A stretch of 64,000 bases of DNA from Rhynchobatus australiae (Eukaryota), in contig JAUZTB010000107.1 of assembly GCA_034780895.1 (NCBI GenBank), forward strand, positions 21,721,843 through 21,785,842. Direction: 5' to 3'. Every line of letters begins with the position of its first letter. Positions within the stretch are counted from its first letter, which is position 1. Under the pieces are notes generated by a model, which was not told the origin of the DNA, did not search any database, and saw only the letters and a program-made list of their open reading frames with translations. Position numbers and translations under genes: made by a program. This document shows, one piece after another, positions 1 through 13,380 of this stretch.

Positions 1-639
1 ATCTCCTACCTAGCTCCCAAGTTCAAGTTGCAGGACCTCTTCTCTTTTGACCAATCTAGTTTATCTTTTGTAGAGTTTATTTCTCAATGGAGTACATTTT
101 TGTTAAGAATTATGAAGTCTCCTTAAATGTCTGCTGATGTAAATACATTTTAACCTATTTTCCCAGCTAATTTTGCCTGCATATCTTTGTATTACATTTA
201 AGTTGATAGTTTTTTTTTACTTCCATTGTGAAATTCTATCACATTATTTTCACTCTTCCTTGACCATGAGATCTACAATTCATCCCATTACATGTGACCA
301 GATTCTGAAACCACCTGCTCCCTGGTTGGTTTCATAACATTGTTCTGAAAAACTGTACCTAATAGACTAAATTTCTCTCCAGTCATGAGGTGTCATTAAT
401 TCTCACACCAGGCAAGCAACACTGCCTTTGGGATCCATGTTCAAAATTAGAGAGAAAAGTATTCATTCATAAAGCCACACTAAGTTGAATGGCTCTGCTG
501 TACTAGTGTTATAATCAGATTTCCTCCCCTCTTCGAGCACCCGCACTTTTGCGGAGCCCGCACCTCTTTTGTCTTTGTGAACAAAAAAATATAGCTTGAT
601 GCAAGCAGAAGTACACAAGGATGAGAAAAATGGCTGCAG

Positions 640-3110
640 GATGATATGGATTGAGACATGAATATTGAAAGGTAAATAACATTTACAATGGACACGAAGT
701 GAAGTAAAAGGTAGAGGATTGGCTCTGTTACTTAATGATGGTCTAAGTGCAAAAGAGAAGGATGACCCAAATTCAGGAAACTAAAAGGTACAGAAAACAA
801 TTAGGGCAGAAAAAAAAGGAAAGATGTCACTTGTGNNNNNNNNNNNNNNNNNNNNNNNNNNNNNNNNNNNNNACACAGGAGAACAGTACAAAAGAATGGG
901 TGCTTGTCAGAAAGATACATGAATAATTATGGGGAACTTTAATCTACATATAGAAAATCAAATGAGCAAAGGTAGCCTGGAGTGGAGGAATTCATAGATC
1001 TTTGGGATTTTTTTTAAAAAAAGAGCAGCGTGATCTGGAGACAAAGAGCAGTCAATATTTAACCTGGTATTGTTCAACAAAATGGTTTAAATAATGATCT
1101 CATTGTGAAGATAACCCTTGGTAGCAACAATCATGACTGAATTTTTCATTTCATTTGAAGGAAAAAATGATGGGCCCAAGATTAGTATTTTAAACTTAAA
1201 TAAGTTCAATTATGAGAACATGAAAATAGAGTTAGCTAAAATGAACAGGAAAATTAGGTTAAGGGACTAGTCAGTTGAAATGCAGTGGCAGATATTTAAG
1301 GGGATCTTTCAGAATACACATACATTCCAATGAGAAACATCACTCATTAACCTTCTTTGTTAACTGTGATAGTATAAAACTTAAAGAAAAAAGTATATAA
1401 TTGAAAGAAGAGTGGCAGGTAAGAAGATTGGATAGAGTATAAAAAAGCAAGAAATAACTAACATATGGATAAGGAAGGAAAAATTTGGGTGCAAGATAAA
1501 GCTAGCCAGGAATGTAAAAAAAAGACAAAAATACATTTTAAAAGAAAGTTAACAATGTAATTGCTAGTCCTATAAAAAGTATGTCGGTGGAATTATTAAT
1601 GGAAAATAAGGAGATGCCAAATGAATTCAATAAATATTTTGCATCAGTTTTCGTTATCCAGGATACATGCAACATCCACAAAACAGCTGTTATGTAGGAA
1701 ATGGAAGGATGGGGAGGAACATTACAAATCACCAGAGAGGTGGTACTGAGCAAATGAGTGGGGCTGGAATTAACGAGACCTGGGTTCTAACTGACTTCAT
1801 CATTGAGTCTTNNNNNNNNNNNNNNNNNNNNNNNNNNNNNNNNNATTTTCCAAAATTCCTTAGATTCATGAAAGGTTCCATCAGATTGAATAATGTATAA
1901 TGCATGTATAACCATTTTTTAATCAAAAAGGGAAGGAAACAGCAGGAAACTACAGGCTAGTTGGCTTAACACGTCATTAGGAAAATGTTGGAAGCTGTTA
2001 TTAAAGAGGCAAATAACCAAGCACCTAGAAAAATTACATATAAATCAGGCAAAGTCAACATTGTTATGTGAAAGGGAAATCATGCTTGACCAGTTTATTG
2101 GAAGTCTTTAAAGTATCAAATGCTGTGTATAAAGAACCACTAGTGGATGCACTATTTCGATAATGACCTTCGCAGCGTTTCACAATAAATAAAAGTTGTT
2201 GATGTAGGAAGTAACATATTGATGGGGATGCAAGATTAACTGGCTAATAGGAAGCAGTAGGCAGAATAGTATTTTTCTGATTGGCAAGATGGAACAAGTG
2301 GTTTGCCACAGGAATTATTCAAATGTACAAATTAGGGGTAGGACTCTCAAGCCCACTCATGATTATGACTGACCAATGTAAACTTTCACCCTCTTACTTC
2401 TGAGGTATTTTTCTGCCTCTGCCTGAAAAATATTTATAGATTCTCCTTGTCATTATTTGAGAAAAAGTGTTCCAAGGACTCATGACCTTAAAAAAAAATC
2501 ACCTGTTTCTATCTTAAATGGACAACTTCCCCGACTTTTCATTTGTGATCCCTAGTTCTAAAGAAAAGAAACATCTGGAATGCTGCATATTGTTATTGGC
2601 CTCCTTATTTAAGGATGAATAAATCCATTGGAAGCAAATCAGACATGGTTTATTAAAATAACAGCTAGAATGGGCAGACTGTCTTTTGAGGAACGGATGG
2701 ACAGGCTAGGCTTGCATAGTAGATCAAGAGGCGACTTGATTCAAACATACAAGATCAGAGAGATCTTGACAAGATGCATATAGCTGGAAGCTTCCATGTG
2801 GAAGAATCTAGAACTAGGAGTTACTGTTTAATGAGGTGTCATCCATTAAAGACAGTTGGAGTGATTTTTATCTTCTCATAGGGTTGCAAGGCTTTGGAAT
2901 TCTCTTCCTCAAAAAGACAGCGAAAGCAATTTAGAGTTATACAGCACGGAAACCGGCTCTACGTCCCAACTCGTCCATGCTGACCAAGAACAATATCCTT
3001 GATAAGGTGGTATAAGGTTATTGCAGGTAAACAGGAATCCAGAATTAAGGATACAATTTGATCAGATATGATTTTATTTAATGGCAGAGGAAGCTAGAGA
3101 TGTCTCCTAA
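640..3110 (+). mobile_element. Highly decayed CR1-type LINE (endonuclease to RT to 3' end, with deletions and insertions)
   Basis: Remnants of IMGxFN (~927), GNYRxVxLT (~1945), QHxxVKGKSCLT (~2057) and C-terminal/3'-end-like sequence at 2570-3100. Many stops and frameshifts. Confidence 0.7.
2931..2988 (-). mobile_element. Short CR1 3'-tail fragment
   Basis: Reverse complement matches the CR1 tail seen at 30715-30770 and 33990-34045 (catggacgagttggg...gtttccgtgctgtataactcta). Confidence 0.65.
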
Positions 3111-4774
3111 TTCACATCCTGCATACACCAAAAAGGCATGGTTATCAATAGTGTACACAAATTTAGTTGAATATTTCTATACATTATCTGGCTACAGACC
3201 CCGCCATTATTATTTTACTAAACAAATACGCCAATAATCCACAGCACCAATCAATACAGACCTTTGTAGCATGGTAATATTTTCTACTGACTTGCTGTCG
3301 ATTAAAGTCAAATATGAGAAGGTATTACAGTGATGCAACTTTGCCATACTAGTTTTTTTTAAGCTAGGTTGTGCTGCAAAAAGGGAAGTTCAAAGCAATA
3401 TACAACAGCAAGAAGTTGCTATTCTTTATTTGTTAATAAGCAGAAAAGTGAACAATAATTATGGTCACTATTTTCAACATCTGCAGTGGCAACTCAGGCA
3501 GAATTCAAAGTTAAAGCAGAGAATTTAAGGGTGCATACTCCACAGGAGCTAAGTTATTTTCAATTTAATTTGCTTTATAATACATTTCCATTGATACTCC
3601 TTCATAATTGATTTACACAGGCAAGTTATGAAAATCTATTTCGCAGCACAGATCAAAGTCTACAACAAGTTAATTTTGTTCACCCAGTGCTATACTCTGA
3701 GGAGGGGAAGGCACACTTCCATATCTTCAATGTCCATAACAGGCAGGCACCAAATAGTATAACATTTTTTCAATGATAAATATTTTCAACTTTCAGTTAT
3801 AAATAGTTGGGAAGATAACCCTTTGCCTTTGTGCCTTTTAATTTGAATGGACAATAATCAGTGTATCCTAAAAAGAAGGCTGGTCATGATGAACAGCAAG
3901 TTCATTGGTCCATCTAAATAAACTCAAGTGTTTCTGTCATTGGTGTGCAGCCAAATACAACAGTCAGTTTTCACACAATCAAATCCTACATTGAGATAAA
4001 TAACCATTTATTTTGTTAGCAATATTATTATCCAGGAAACCAAGAGAATTATCCCGCCCCAATTAAAGTAAACAAAACTTGGGATCTTTAACACAGCGTT
4101 TCCCCAGAAATGCTCTGAAATTCTGTTTACATATGTTTCTCTTATTTTTAATTTCCTTAACTTGAAGCTGGAGCACAGATCAAAGCCATTGAGTAACATT
4201 AAAAATTAACTATGGTATTAAGATGTAAAATGACCTAATCCTTATTTTAGATGTATCACTAAGATAGATTGTCAGGCACATTTTCATAGCTGCCTTTCAT
4301 TACTTTTCCTTCCAATTTTGAGGAGTGTTGAAACATGTCTCTAAAAATAACTTTCACAATATATTAGAATTAAAGAACAGCAGGAACATGGAAGGCCAAT
4401 GGAACTCTCATCTGGACCAGGTCTTTCCAAGTGCAGAGCAGTTATTCCCATTCCCCTGTGCTTTAAATATATCCAATATTTTTTTCTGCTCTTTCCAGTT
4501 GTCATCTGATTCCCTTTTTAGGTTATTATAGAACCTGCAGCCATTGTCCTCTCAGACAGTGAATTCCAAACAAACTACAATTTCCCTGTGAACTTTCCAA
4601 AGCCTTCATATCCCCAAGTAGTAGCTCACAGAATTGAATACAATACTCCAAAGTCTAAAGCACAATTTCCTGCCTGAATTTTAAATCTTATGCCGAGTCT
4701 AGGATTGCATCTGTTTTATTAGCTTCATCTGCCATTCCCAAACATTTGCACACGAATACTCAAAATAATATTTA

Positions 4775-4925
4775 AGAAAAAAGCAAAAATTGGAAACACT
4801 CAACAGGTCAGGGAGCATCTGTGGAAAGAATAGTTTAGGTCGAAGACCTTCATCATAACTCTGTTTCTCTTTCCACAGCTGTATCCGACATTTTCTGTTT
4901 ATTTCAAATTTCCATCACTTGTATT
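4775..4925. mobile_element. Penelope-derived short palindromic element
   Basis: Inverted arms ctgtggaaaga / tctttccacag. A degenerate hammerhead-like core lies on the minus strand. Confidence 0.55.
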
Positions 4926-5029
4926 TTCATTTTTTAAATTTTCACCACCACCACCACTGCTTTTAAACTACACCATATGATTTATTTCCATTCAACCTGC
5001 TATCAAATATAGAATTAAACCCAGCAATT

Positions 5030-5630
5030 TTCTTATACTTCTAATTTTGTACCCTGCATTCAATGCTCAGTGTGATGATCCCCACATTAAGAAAACTGAA
5101 CACAGGCATGGGGACTGCTTTGCAGAATACTACTATTCAGTCCACAAAGGTCATTCTGTGCTTCCAGATACCCATCACTTTAATTCTCCAAGCCATTTTG
5201 ACCCTTTTTTAGCCCTACATACTGTTCCAACCAAACAAGGATTTGACTTGGTACATGAAAGCCTTCAGAACTCATTACTTTCAGATAACCAGCTATTCCA
5301 GGCTTGTATTTTATATTATTTTCTCTTCTTGCTGTATTTCAGATTTAATTCTCCTCTTCTAAACACTGCCTTCAAACATATCTTTTGCAATTCACCGACC
5401 TTAACCAGTCTTTTTCACCCAGCACCACTACTTCACTGCATGTTATTCACTCTTGCCTGATTTTCCACCCTATCACAGGCCTTCCTTTTTGTTCTTTCCA
5501 CCCCTTCCCCACAACTGTAAACTTGTATCATTGCTAACTTTCTCAAATGATGAAATGTAATTCATCTGAAACATTAATTCTTTCTCTTGCTGTCTGACCT
5601 GTTAAATGTTTCCAGTATTTTCTGTTTTTA
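5030..5630 (+). mobile_element. Penelope-like element 3' remnant (GIY-YIG endonuclease plus terminal repeat)
   Basis: Translation ...QCDDPHIKKTEHRHGDCFAEY...SVHKG..LP..HHFNSPSH resembles the PLE GIY-YIG C-terminus (C..CG.LYIGET.RRL.DRF.EH...HFNSPSH). It is followed by the shared terminal repeat with TGATGA...GAAAC near 5548-5572. Confidence 0.7.
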
Positions 5631-5675
5631 ATTAAATCCCATAATTCAGTTTATTGGGCAATTTATAAAGCATAC

Positions 5676-5716
5676 CTGGTGTACACGAACAAAGTACCTT
5701 CAATATCAGTCTTCTC
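5676..5716 (-). CDS. DCP1A: DCP1 second coding exon (41 bp)
   Basis: Minus strand reads ttttcttttacttatatAG|GAG AAG ACT GAT ATT GAA GGT ACT TTG TTC GTG TAC ACC AG|GTATGC = EKTDIEGTLFVYTR. This continues exon 1 in frame and has canonical splice sites. Too short for the ORF track. Confidence 0.9.
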
Positions 5717-6154
5717 CTATATAAGTAAAAGAAAAGTCAAGTTAAACTACTTAATCAAAAGATCTCCACAATCTGGGAAAAAAAACATCTTGTACGCAGG
5801 CCTTAATACTCTAAACTCTCGAATTACTGAGAACTTCTTCAGAATTATCCAAACGAGCAAACCATCATGCTGGTTTAATAGGTCAAGCAGTTGAGTACAG
5901 GGCCGCCATTAAAGTTGGATCCCAATCATTTATCTATTCACCACCACCTTGCACAGTGCCAGAGGAAAATAGTCCACTCCTTCAAACTTGATTCAGTAAC
6001 TCACTTAGATAAATTGAAAGAAGCCAAATCATAATCAGGGACCTAACTGATAGGTGGTTAAAAAAAGGAAAAAGATGAAAAGATTGGATGTGGAATTTAA
6101 GTTTCTTTAAAAAAAAATCTCAAAAGCAAAATAATGTAAATACTATAGAAGACA

Positions 6155-6451
6155 GATCTGGGACCCCTGCTCTTTGTGAAGTTTATAAATGACTTGGATG
6201 AGGATGTGGAAGGGTGGGTTAGTAAGTTTACTGATGATGCAAAGGTTGGTGGTGTAGTGGATAGTGTAGAAGGTTGCTGTCAATTACAACAGGATATTAA
6301 TAGAATGCAGACCCTGGGCTGACAAGTGACAGATGGAGTTCAACCCAGATAAGTGTGAAGTGATACATATTGGAAGATCGAATTCGAAGGCAGAATACAA
6401 GGTTAATGGCAGGACTCTTAGCAGTGTGGAGGAACAGAGGGATCTTGGGGT
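6155..6451 (+). mobile_element. CR1 RT fragment, truncated by an assembly gap
   Basis: GPLLFV.FINDLDEDVEGWVSKFTDDAKVGG...MEFNPDKCEVIHIGR, near-identical to the element at 12090-12700. Confidence 0.85.
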
Positions 6452-7104
6452 NNNNNNNNNNNNNNNNNNNNNNNNNNNNNNNNNNNNNNNNNNNNNNNNN
6501 NNNNNNNNNNNNNNNNNNNNNNNNNNNNNNNNNNNNNNNNNNNNNNNNNNNATTTACTGCCACGTCTCTAAATGCTGTCCAGTTCTCCACTGCACATGAA
6601 ACTAATATAGTCTCGGGAATCAGGTTCAGTTCATGGTTAATGATGAAGTGGCCGTGGTTACATTTCTTTAATTTTGTTTGCTTCTTTTTCAAAGATTAGG
6701 CAACAGGATGCAATCAATTTTCTCTTTGGAACCAGAAGATACAGAAAATCACATTACTGTGTGAGCATTTCAGCAAGAGTGGATACTACATTTGTAGTTT
6801 TTAAAATCTTTTATGGCTGCAGACATGTCAATTCAACTTTGAGTAACATTCATTTATTTGGTGGAGGAACTTACTGACTTGGCCTCTAAGTCAGTGCTAT
6901 CGGTCATACTGTACAACTGCAATCCAGACATATGCATTTAACACTAACATTGCAGTTTATACATGACAGTTCTGCATGCTCAGTCTTTCAATTCCTCTAT
7001 TCCAAGTCTTACCATTTGGTGCATTTCATCTTCATATTCCTCCCCACAAAGTAAATCACCTCATTTCTCCAAATTAAACCAACTGAATGTTGGCAGCAAT
7101 TGAA

Positions 7105-7240
7105 GGCAGCATCTGTGGAAGGAGAAACAGAGTTAAAGTTTCAGGTCAATATGAAACCTTAACCGTTTCTTCACAGATGCTGCCAATCCTGCTGAGTAGT
7201 TCCAGCATTTTCTATTTTTATTTCATATTTCTAGCATCTT
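7105..7240. mobile_element. Penelope-derived palindromic short element
   Basis: Inverted arms ggcagcatctgtg / cacagatgctgcc around a central gtttcaggtcaatatgaaac. Confidence 0.6.
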
Positions 7241-7979
7241 TTTGCCCTTTAAAGTAATGGATTAATGTTATGAATCCACATGCACTGTTGATAGTCTTTA
7301 TTCCAGTTAAACTACACTCCTTTCTTTACAGTAGTCTGCAATTCAATTTGTGGCCTATGACAACACAGATCATTTACTTGCATTAAAAGCAGTTAGCATT
7401 ACTGCAGAACATTATTATACCTATTGGTTTCTATCTTTCAACCAATTTCCTATCAAGATTGACATTTTCTTTCACAGAGTTATTAACAAATTTCTTGTGG
7501 GGTAAACAAACACCTTTGAAAATGGACATGCGCTTCTGCATACATATGCATTTCTTTTATTGACACATTTGTTTTCTCCAAGAAAGCTATTCCATTTGTC
7601 AGACAACTATTTGGGCATATGGCCTCCACTTGATTCCTTTTCTTCTTTCCATAATTTTTAACACCATTACATCTGGCATAACAATTTCTAGATCCATGGA
7701 TAACAGAGGCTGTGGTGAAATCCTCTGCAACTTCATTTCTTAATACCATCAGCAATCTGAAATGAATGTCAACTGTTCCCTTTGCCTTTTCCAGTTATTT
7801 TGAACCACTTCTATATTACCAGTTTCTTACCTCTGGTTATCACATTTAATTGCTCCAATTTCTCTCAAATTCTTTCAATCTCAATATGAAATGAGTCTCC
7901 ACAAAAGGTACCATACTCATTTGATAGCTCACCTTCCTTAATTGCTTCTGCTTACTTTAATCTGGTCTTCTCACGACAT

Positions 7980-8275
7980 GATGGAACACAAGAAAATAGG
8001 AGTAGGAACAGGAGAAGGACACCAGGCTTTTCACGCCTGCCCCGCCATTCAATATGATTATGGCTGATTTGTGCTGGCCTCAACTCCTCTTTTGTGCCAG
8101 TTCCCTATAACCTTTAACTTCTTGATCTTTCAAGTATTAATCTATCTCCATTTTAAGTACATAAATGATCTACATCACTACCTCTGGGGCAGAGAATTCC
8201 AGAGATTCACTATCCTCTGAGGAAAGAAATTTCTATGCACCTCAGTTGCAAATGTTCGACCCCTTATTTTGTAGC
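7980..8275 (-). mobile_element. CR1-type LINE 3' end
   Basis: Reverse complement gives ttcctcagaggatagtgaatctctggaattctctgcccc followed by a 3' UTR similar to 32200-32430. Confidence 0.65.
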
Positions 8276-10809
8276 TCTATTGGATTTGTTGATGTTACAC
8301 TATCACTGTTGTAATATTTTTTGTTTTGTGACATAACTCTATTGCCAATTTTACTTTTAAAAAAAAATGCTTCAGTCTCAAAAAAAATGCAACGGTGTCA
8401 CCTGGCATCAGTAGGTACTAATATACTAAAGCTCCAAATGAAATAAGAGACGGAAGAGCCATTTACAAAAAGGATATTCAATCTAGAGTTATGAAACATA
8501 AATAACTGAATTGTACTGTAGGTTTTCTAATTAGTTAGTATTACCTCTAAGAATTTTTGTAATATGTTATACACTAAGCTATCCTTCTCTTGAAGAGCTA
8601 GAAACTTTGTCCTAGGTTACATTACAAAAGCTTAACTGGAAGGAACAAAAACTGGATTAGAAACACAGGTCTGTATACAACTGAGTGTAGGAACAGCACA
8701 GCACTGTCTTGATGCAATTATCTGACACTTTTATCTATGTGCTGACCATGCAGTTTGCTCAGCCTGCAAAGATGAACTAAACCACAATCTCTGGATAGTG
8801 AAAAGGATAGGAAGGCCATTTTTAAAAAAAAAATCAACTCCTTAAAGTCTTCTTGCCATGCCCCTCTAACCAGCACTCAAGTGGAGGAATTCATTGACTA
8901 AATAATTTTAACAATATCTTCTACCTACACTGTTAAGGTGGAAATGGGCAATGATGGACAAGATAAAGTAGCAGAAACTCCGTTTGATATTGAATAGGAC
9001 ACTGAAGTTATGTAGGTTAGTTAAGGGTTGCAAGGATACAGAGACAATGCTGGGAAATGGGGAAAGATAAAGATGGTTGAAATAAATCAAAGGGCATTCA
9101 ATCCTTGTTCTTACAACAATGATATATCAGTACCTAACATTATTAATGTATGGCCATTTCTGACTTATTCCAAATACTATTTAAGTGTTTTCCCAATTAT
9201 TTAACTCCACAGTAGACATTTATGTTTTTGTGCATACTTTACAGTGTTTGCATTAGTTTTAATCACACAAAATAATTTAAATGATAAATGCACCTTACTC
9301 TAGAAGTTAGAGATTTAATAGTTTTTTTTAAAAGCAATCTATTCATTAAAAAGGCTAAAGACATTGAAATAAATTTATGCTGGCAAATGCAAACATCACA
9401 ATATTAATAGAATTAAAGAAGTTAGCCTGCTTTTAAGTATGAATTATAGCAACAAAATGTAGCAGCAACAGCAAAGAAAACCTTTTGGATACCTTGAGGT
9501 CTTATCAACTCACCTGGCAGAGATGCACAACCATTCTCTAGGATCAGAGATGCAAGTACAAGTGTAAGAATATGACAGAAAATAACTAAATGAATTGTTT
9601 CAATAAAAGACAACTGCTCAAAAATTTGAAATTGCTAAAACTGAAAGACAAAATTACTGAGTACCAAAACTTCAATAATGACAAAGCGCATCTTACTTCT
9701 CGTTTTGCTAGTAGCACATTTGGTACTATGTGTGGAAGACATCGTCCCAACATCAGCATCACACACTGTTCACTATCTGCAATTCGTGAAACCTAAAGAG
9801 ACGGAAAATAAATTTTACTATCACCACAGTCCTAATGCAAATTTATAGAATTCCTGAAATTATAAAAACAGTGGTCATTATTATAATTAAAGGCATTATA
9901 AATTACATTTTCAGCTCCTCAACCTCCTGACTTCTAATTCACAAGAAAATGTTATTTGTGATACTAAGTTTCCAATTAAAGCTTCTGTGTGCTTTAGAAC
10001 TATGTACTCATTGATCTTATGCATATAAAGATCAATTTGTTTAACATGCTTCAAGTCCCTTCCTTTTCACAATTAGAAATTGTTGGAAAACGTATATGCT
10101 TTTATTGGAATCTATTGTGCAATCCAGCAGAACTTGTGGCTACACTTGGTGGGATCACAGCCAAGACAAACCTACTTCCCTCATTGAGGTCTTGCAGCAT
10201 TCCAAATGAGGAAAATATTCCAACTCATTTGCAACTGAGACGATTCCCCCTTCCCAGCTAGAGGAAGTGTTGAAATCATCATTGGCTGTGGGCACATTCA
10301 CAGAAATATTGCTTCTTCAGCTCTTAATTTGGGAAATACCTAGTAAAATACCTAGTACGTGGAGTTGACCATAAGAGTTGTATCATGAAGTTTTCCCAGT
10401 TCATATTACTTAAGTACATTGGGAAACTCATCTTGCATTTCAAAAGAAATTCCCATTATGTTGATCTGCAATTTAAAACTGGATTATGAAAGTCTAATGA
10501 CTATGATAACCTGTCAGGTCATCCTCTTAATATCTGGATTAATGTTGGTTGAAAACTCAATGTTGAGTGCAATGTGTGCATAGATTACTTATCATGTCCA
10601 ATGTAGAAACCCTTTTCAGCATCTTTAGCAACAAGCTGGTAAAGTGCAAGTGCACAGTAGCAGAGATTCTGTGTCTACTTTTTTTGTTCAATTAGCTGCA
10701 TGGGCAAAGCACGTAATCGAAGTAGGGAAAAAACCTGCCTATTTTCTACAGAAACTTAATTTTTCACAATCTTCCTTGTTATCAATTAAAATCCAAATTC
10801 CTGCAAGGA

Positions 10810-13380
10810 AATTGGATGTAGTACTAGACGATGAACCTGGTCAGGTGACAGAACCTGGTCTGGTCACTATCTCCAAAATGCTTGCCCACCAACTCCGACT
10901 TTTAGCAGAGCCACAGACAAGGATAGGAGCAGACCGATATGTGAACGTTTTTAAGTGGGGGAGGTCTAATTACGATGGTATTAGGCAGGAACTTGGGAGT
11001 GTAAATTGGGAACAGACGTTCTCAGGGAAATGCACAGCAAAAATGTGGAGGCTGTTTAAGGACCACTTGCATGGGGTTCTGGATAGGTTTGTCCCACTGA
11101 GACAGGGAAAGGATGGTAGGATAAAGGAACCATGGTTGACAGGAGAGGTGAAACATTTAGTCAAGATGAAGGAAGCATACTTACGGGAAGCAAAAATCAG
11201 GCAGGAATCATGAGAATTGTGAAGTAGCCAGGAAGGAGCTTAAGAAGGGACTTAAGAGAACTAGAAGGGGAGATGAGGTCTTGGCGAGTAGAATTAAGGA
11301 AAACCCCAAGGCATTCTACACATACATGAAGAACATGAGGATGAATAGAGTGAGGGTAAGACTGCTTAGGGCTAAAGGGGGACACGTGCCTGGAGGCAAA
11401 GGAGGTCCTTAAATGAATACTTTGCTTCAGTGTTCACAAGGGAGAGGGATTTTGACGAATGCAAGGTCAGCGTAGAAATGGCTAATGTGCTGGAGCATAT
11501 TGAGGTTAAAGAAGTGTTGGAGCTTCTGAAAAACATTAGGATAGACAACTACCTGAAGCTGGATGCAATATATGCCAGGTTACTACAGAAAGCGAGGGAA
11601 AAGGTTGCTGGGTGTTGACAATGATATTTGAGTCCTCCCTGGCCACAAGAGTGGTACCAGAAGATTGGAGGATGGCAAATGCTATTCCCTTGTTTAAGGA
11701 AGGTAATCGGTATAATACTGGGAATTATAGACCAGTGAGTCTTATGTCAGTGCTGGGAAAAATATTGGAGAGGATTCTTAGGCACAGGATTTACAAGCAT
11801 TTGGAGAGGGATAGTCAGCATAGCTTTGTGAGGGGCAAATTGTGCCTCATGAGCCTAACTGAGTTTTGGGGAGCCAACAAATTGATGAAAGTGGATGTGG
11901 TATACTTGAATTTTAGTAAGGTGTTTGACAAGGTTTCCCATGGTAGGTTCGTCCAGAAAGTCACAAGGCATGGGATCCATGAAGACTTGGTTGCGTGAGT
12001 TAAGAATTGACTTGAAGGCAGAGGGTGGCTGTAGATGGAGTGTATTCTGCCTTGAGGTTGGTGACTAATGGTGTTCTGCAGGGATCTGTTCTGGGACCCC
12101 TGCTCTTTGTGATTTTTATAAATGACTTGGACGAGGAAGTGGAGGGATGGGTTAGTAAGTTTGCAAATGACATGAAGGTTGGAGCTGCTGTGGATAGGAT
12201 ATCAGAATCAGTTTTATTATCACTGACATAACTTGTGAAATTTGTTGTTTTGCAGCAGCAGTACAGTACAAGACACAGACATAAAAATTACCACGTTACA
12301 AAAATAAATAATGCAAAATAGGAATAATGAGAGGTGTTCATGGACCTTTCAGAAATCTGATGGCAGAGGGGAAGAAGATCTTCCTGAACTGTTGAATGTG
12401 GGTCTTCAGGCTCCTGTACCTCCTCCCCGATGGTAATAATGTGAAGAGGGAATGTCCTGGGTGGTTAGGGTCCTTGAAGATGGATGCCACCTTCTTGAGG
12501 CACCACTTCAAGCAGCATTAGATAGTGTAGAAGGTTGTCATAGGTTACAACAGGATATAGACAGGATGCTGAGATGGGTGGAGAAGTGGCAAATGGAGTT
12601 CGATCCAGAAAAGTGTGAAGTGATGCACTTTGGAAGAATGAACTTGAAGGCGGAGACAAAGTTAATAGCAGGATTCTTAGTGTGGAGCCACAGAGAGATC
12701 TTGGGGTCCAGGTCCATAGATCCCTCAAAGTTGCAGCGCAAGTTGATAGGGTGGTTAAGGCGGCATGAGGTGTGCTGGCCTTCATTAGTCAAGGGATTGA
12801 ATTCAAGAGCTGCGAAGTAACGTTGCAGCTCTATAAAACTCTGGTCAGACCACACCTAGAGTATTGTGTTCAGTTCTGGTCACCTCATTATAGGAAGGAT
12901 GCAGAAGCTTTAGAGAGGGTGCAGAGGAGATTTACCAGGATGTTGCCTGGATTAGATTGCATGTCTTATGAGGATAGGTTGAGCAAGCTGGGGCTTTTCT
13001 CTTTGGAGAGGAGGATAGAGGTGACTTGATAGAGGTGTACAAGATGATAAGAGGCAGAGATCAAGTGGACAGTCAGAGATTTTTTCCCAGGGTGACAATG
13101 GCTAGCATGAGGAGACATAATTTTTAAAGGTGATTGGAGGAAGGTATTAGGGGGATGCAGATGCAAGTTGTTGTTGTTTTACACAGAGGGTAGTGGGTGC
13201 ATGGAACGCACTGCCGGCAGAGGTTGTGGGAGCAGATACCTTGGAAATTTAAGAGACTCTTAGACACATGATTGATATAAGTGGGAAGCTATGTGGGAGG
13301 GATGGGTTAGATAGAGCAGGATAAAATGTCGGCACAACATTGTGGGTTGAAGGGCCTGTACTATGCTGTAATGCTCTAAT
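10810..13380 (+). mobile_element. 5'-truncated CR1 LINE, degenerate ORF2 (endonuclease end, RT, 3' UTR)
   Basis: Fragments LDVVLDDEPGQV, VPEDWRMANAIPLFKEG..GNYRPVSL, QGSVLGPLLFVIFINDLD...SKFAND, LYKTLVRPHLEYCVQFWSPHY and a CR1 3' tail. Frameshifted and interrupted by an insertion at 12198-12520. Confidence 0.92.
12198..12520 (-). mobile_element. Rex1/Babar 3' fragment nested in the CR1
   Basis: Reverse complement gtgcctcaagaaggtggcatccatcttcaaggacc...gaggaggtacaggagcctgaagaccc is homologous to the Rex1-type element at 49255-49360. Flanked by GATAG direct repeats. Confidence 0.8.

Noticed and set aside
1-5675. DCP1A exon 3 (SASP.HGFTI.NRL...)
   Set aside because: No matching minus-strand translation seen; it is probably left of the window.
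10644-13166. RT-containing ORFs as an active element or a novel RT system
   Set aside because: Multiple frameshifts, a mutated catalytic motif (FAND) and a nested insertion mark an ordinary dead CR1 copy.
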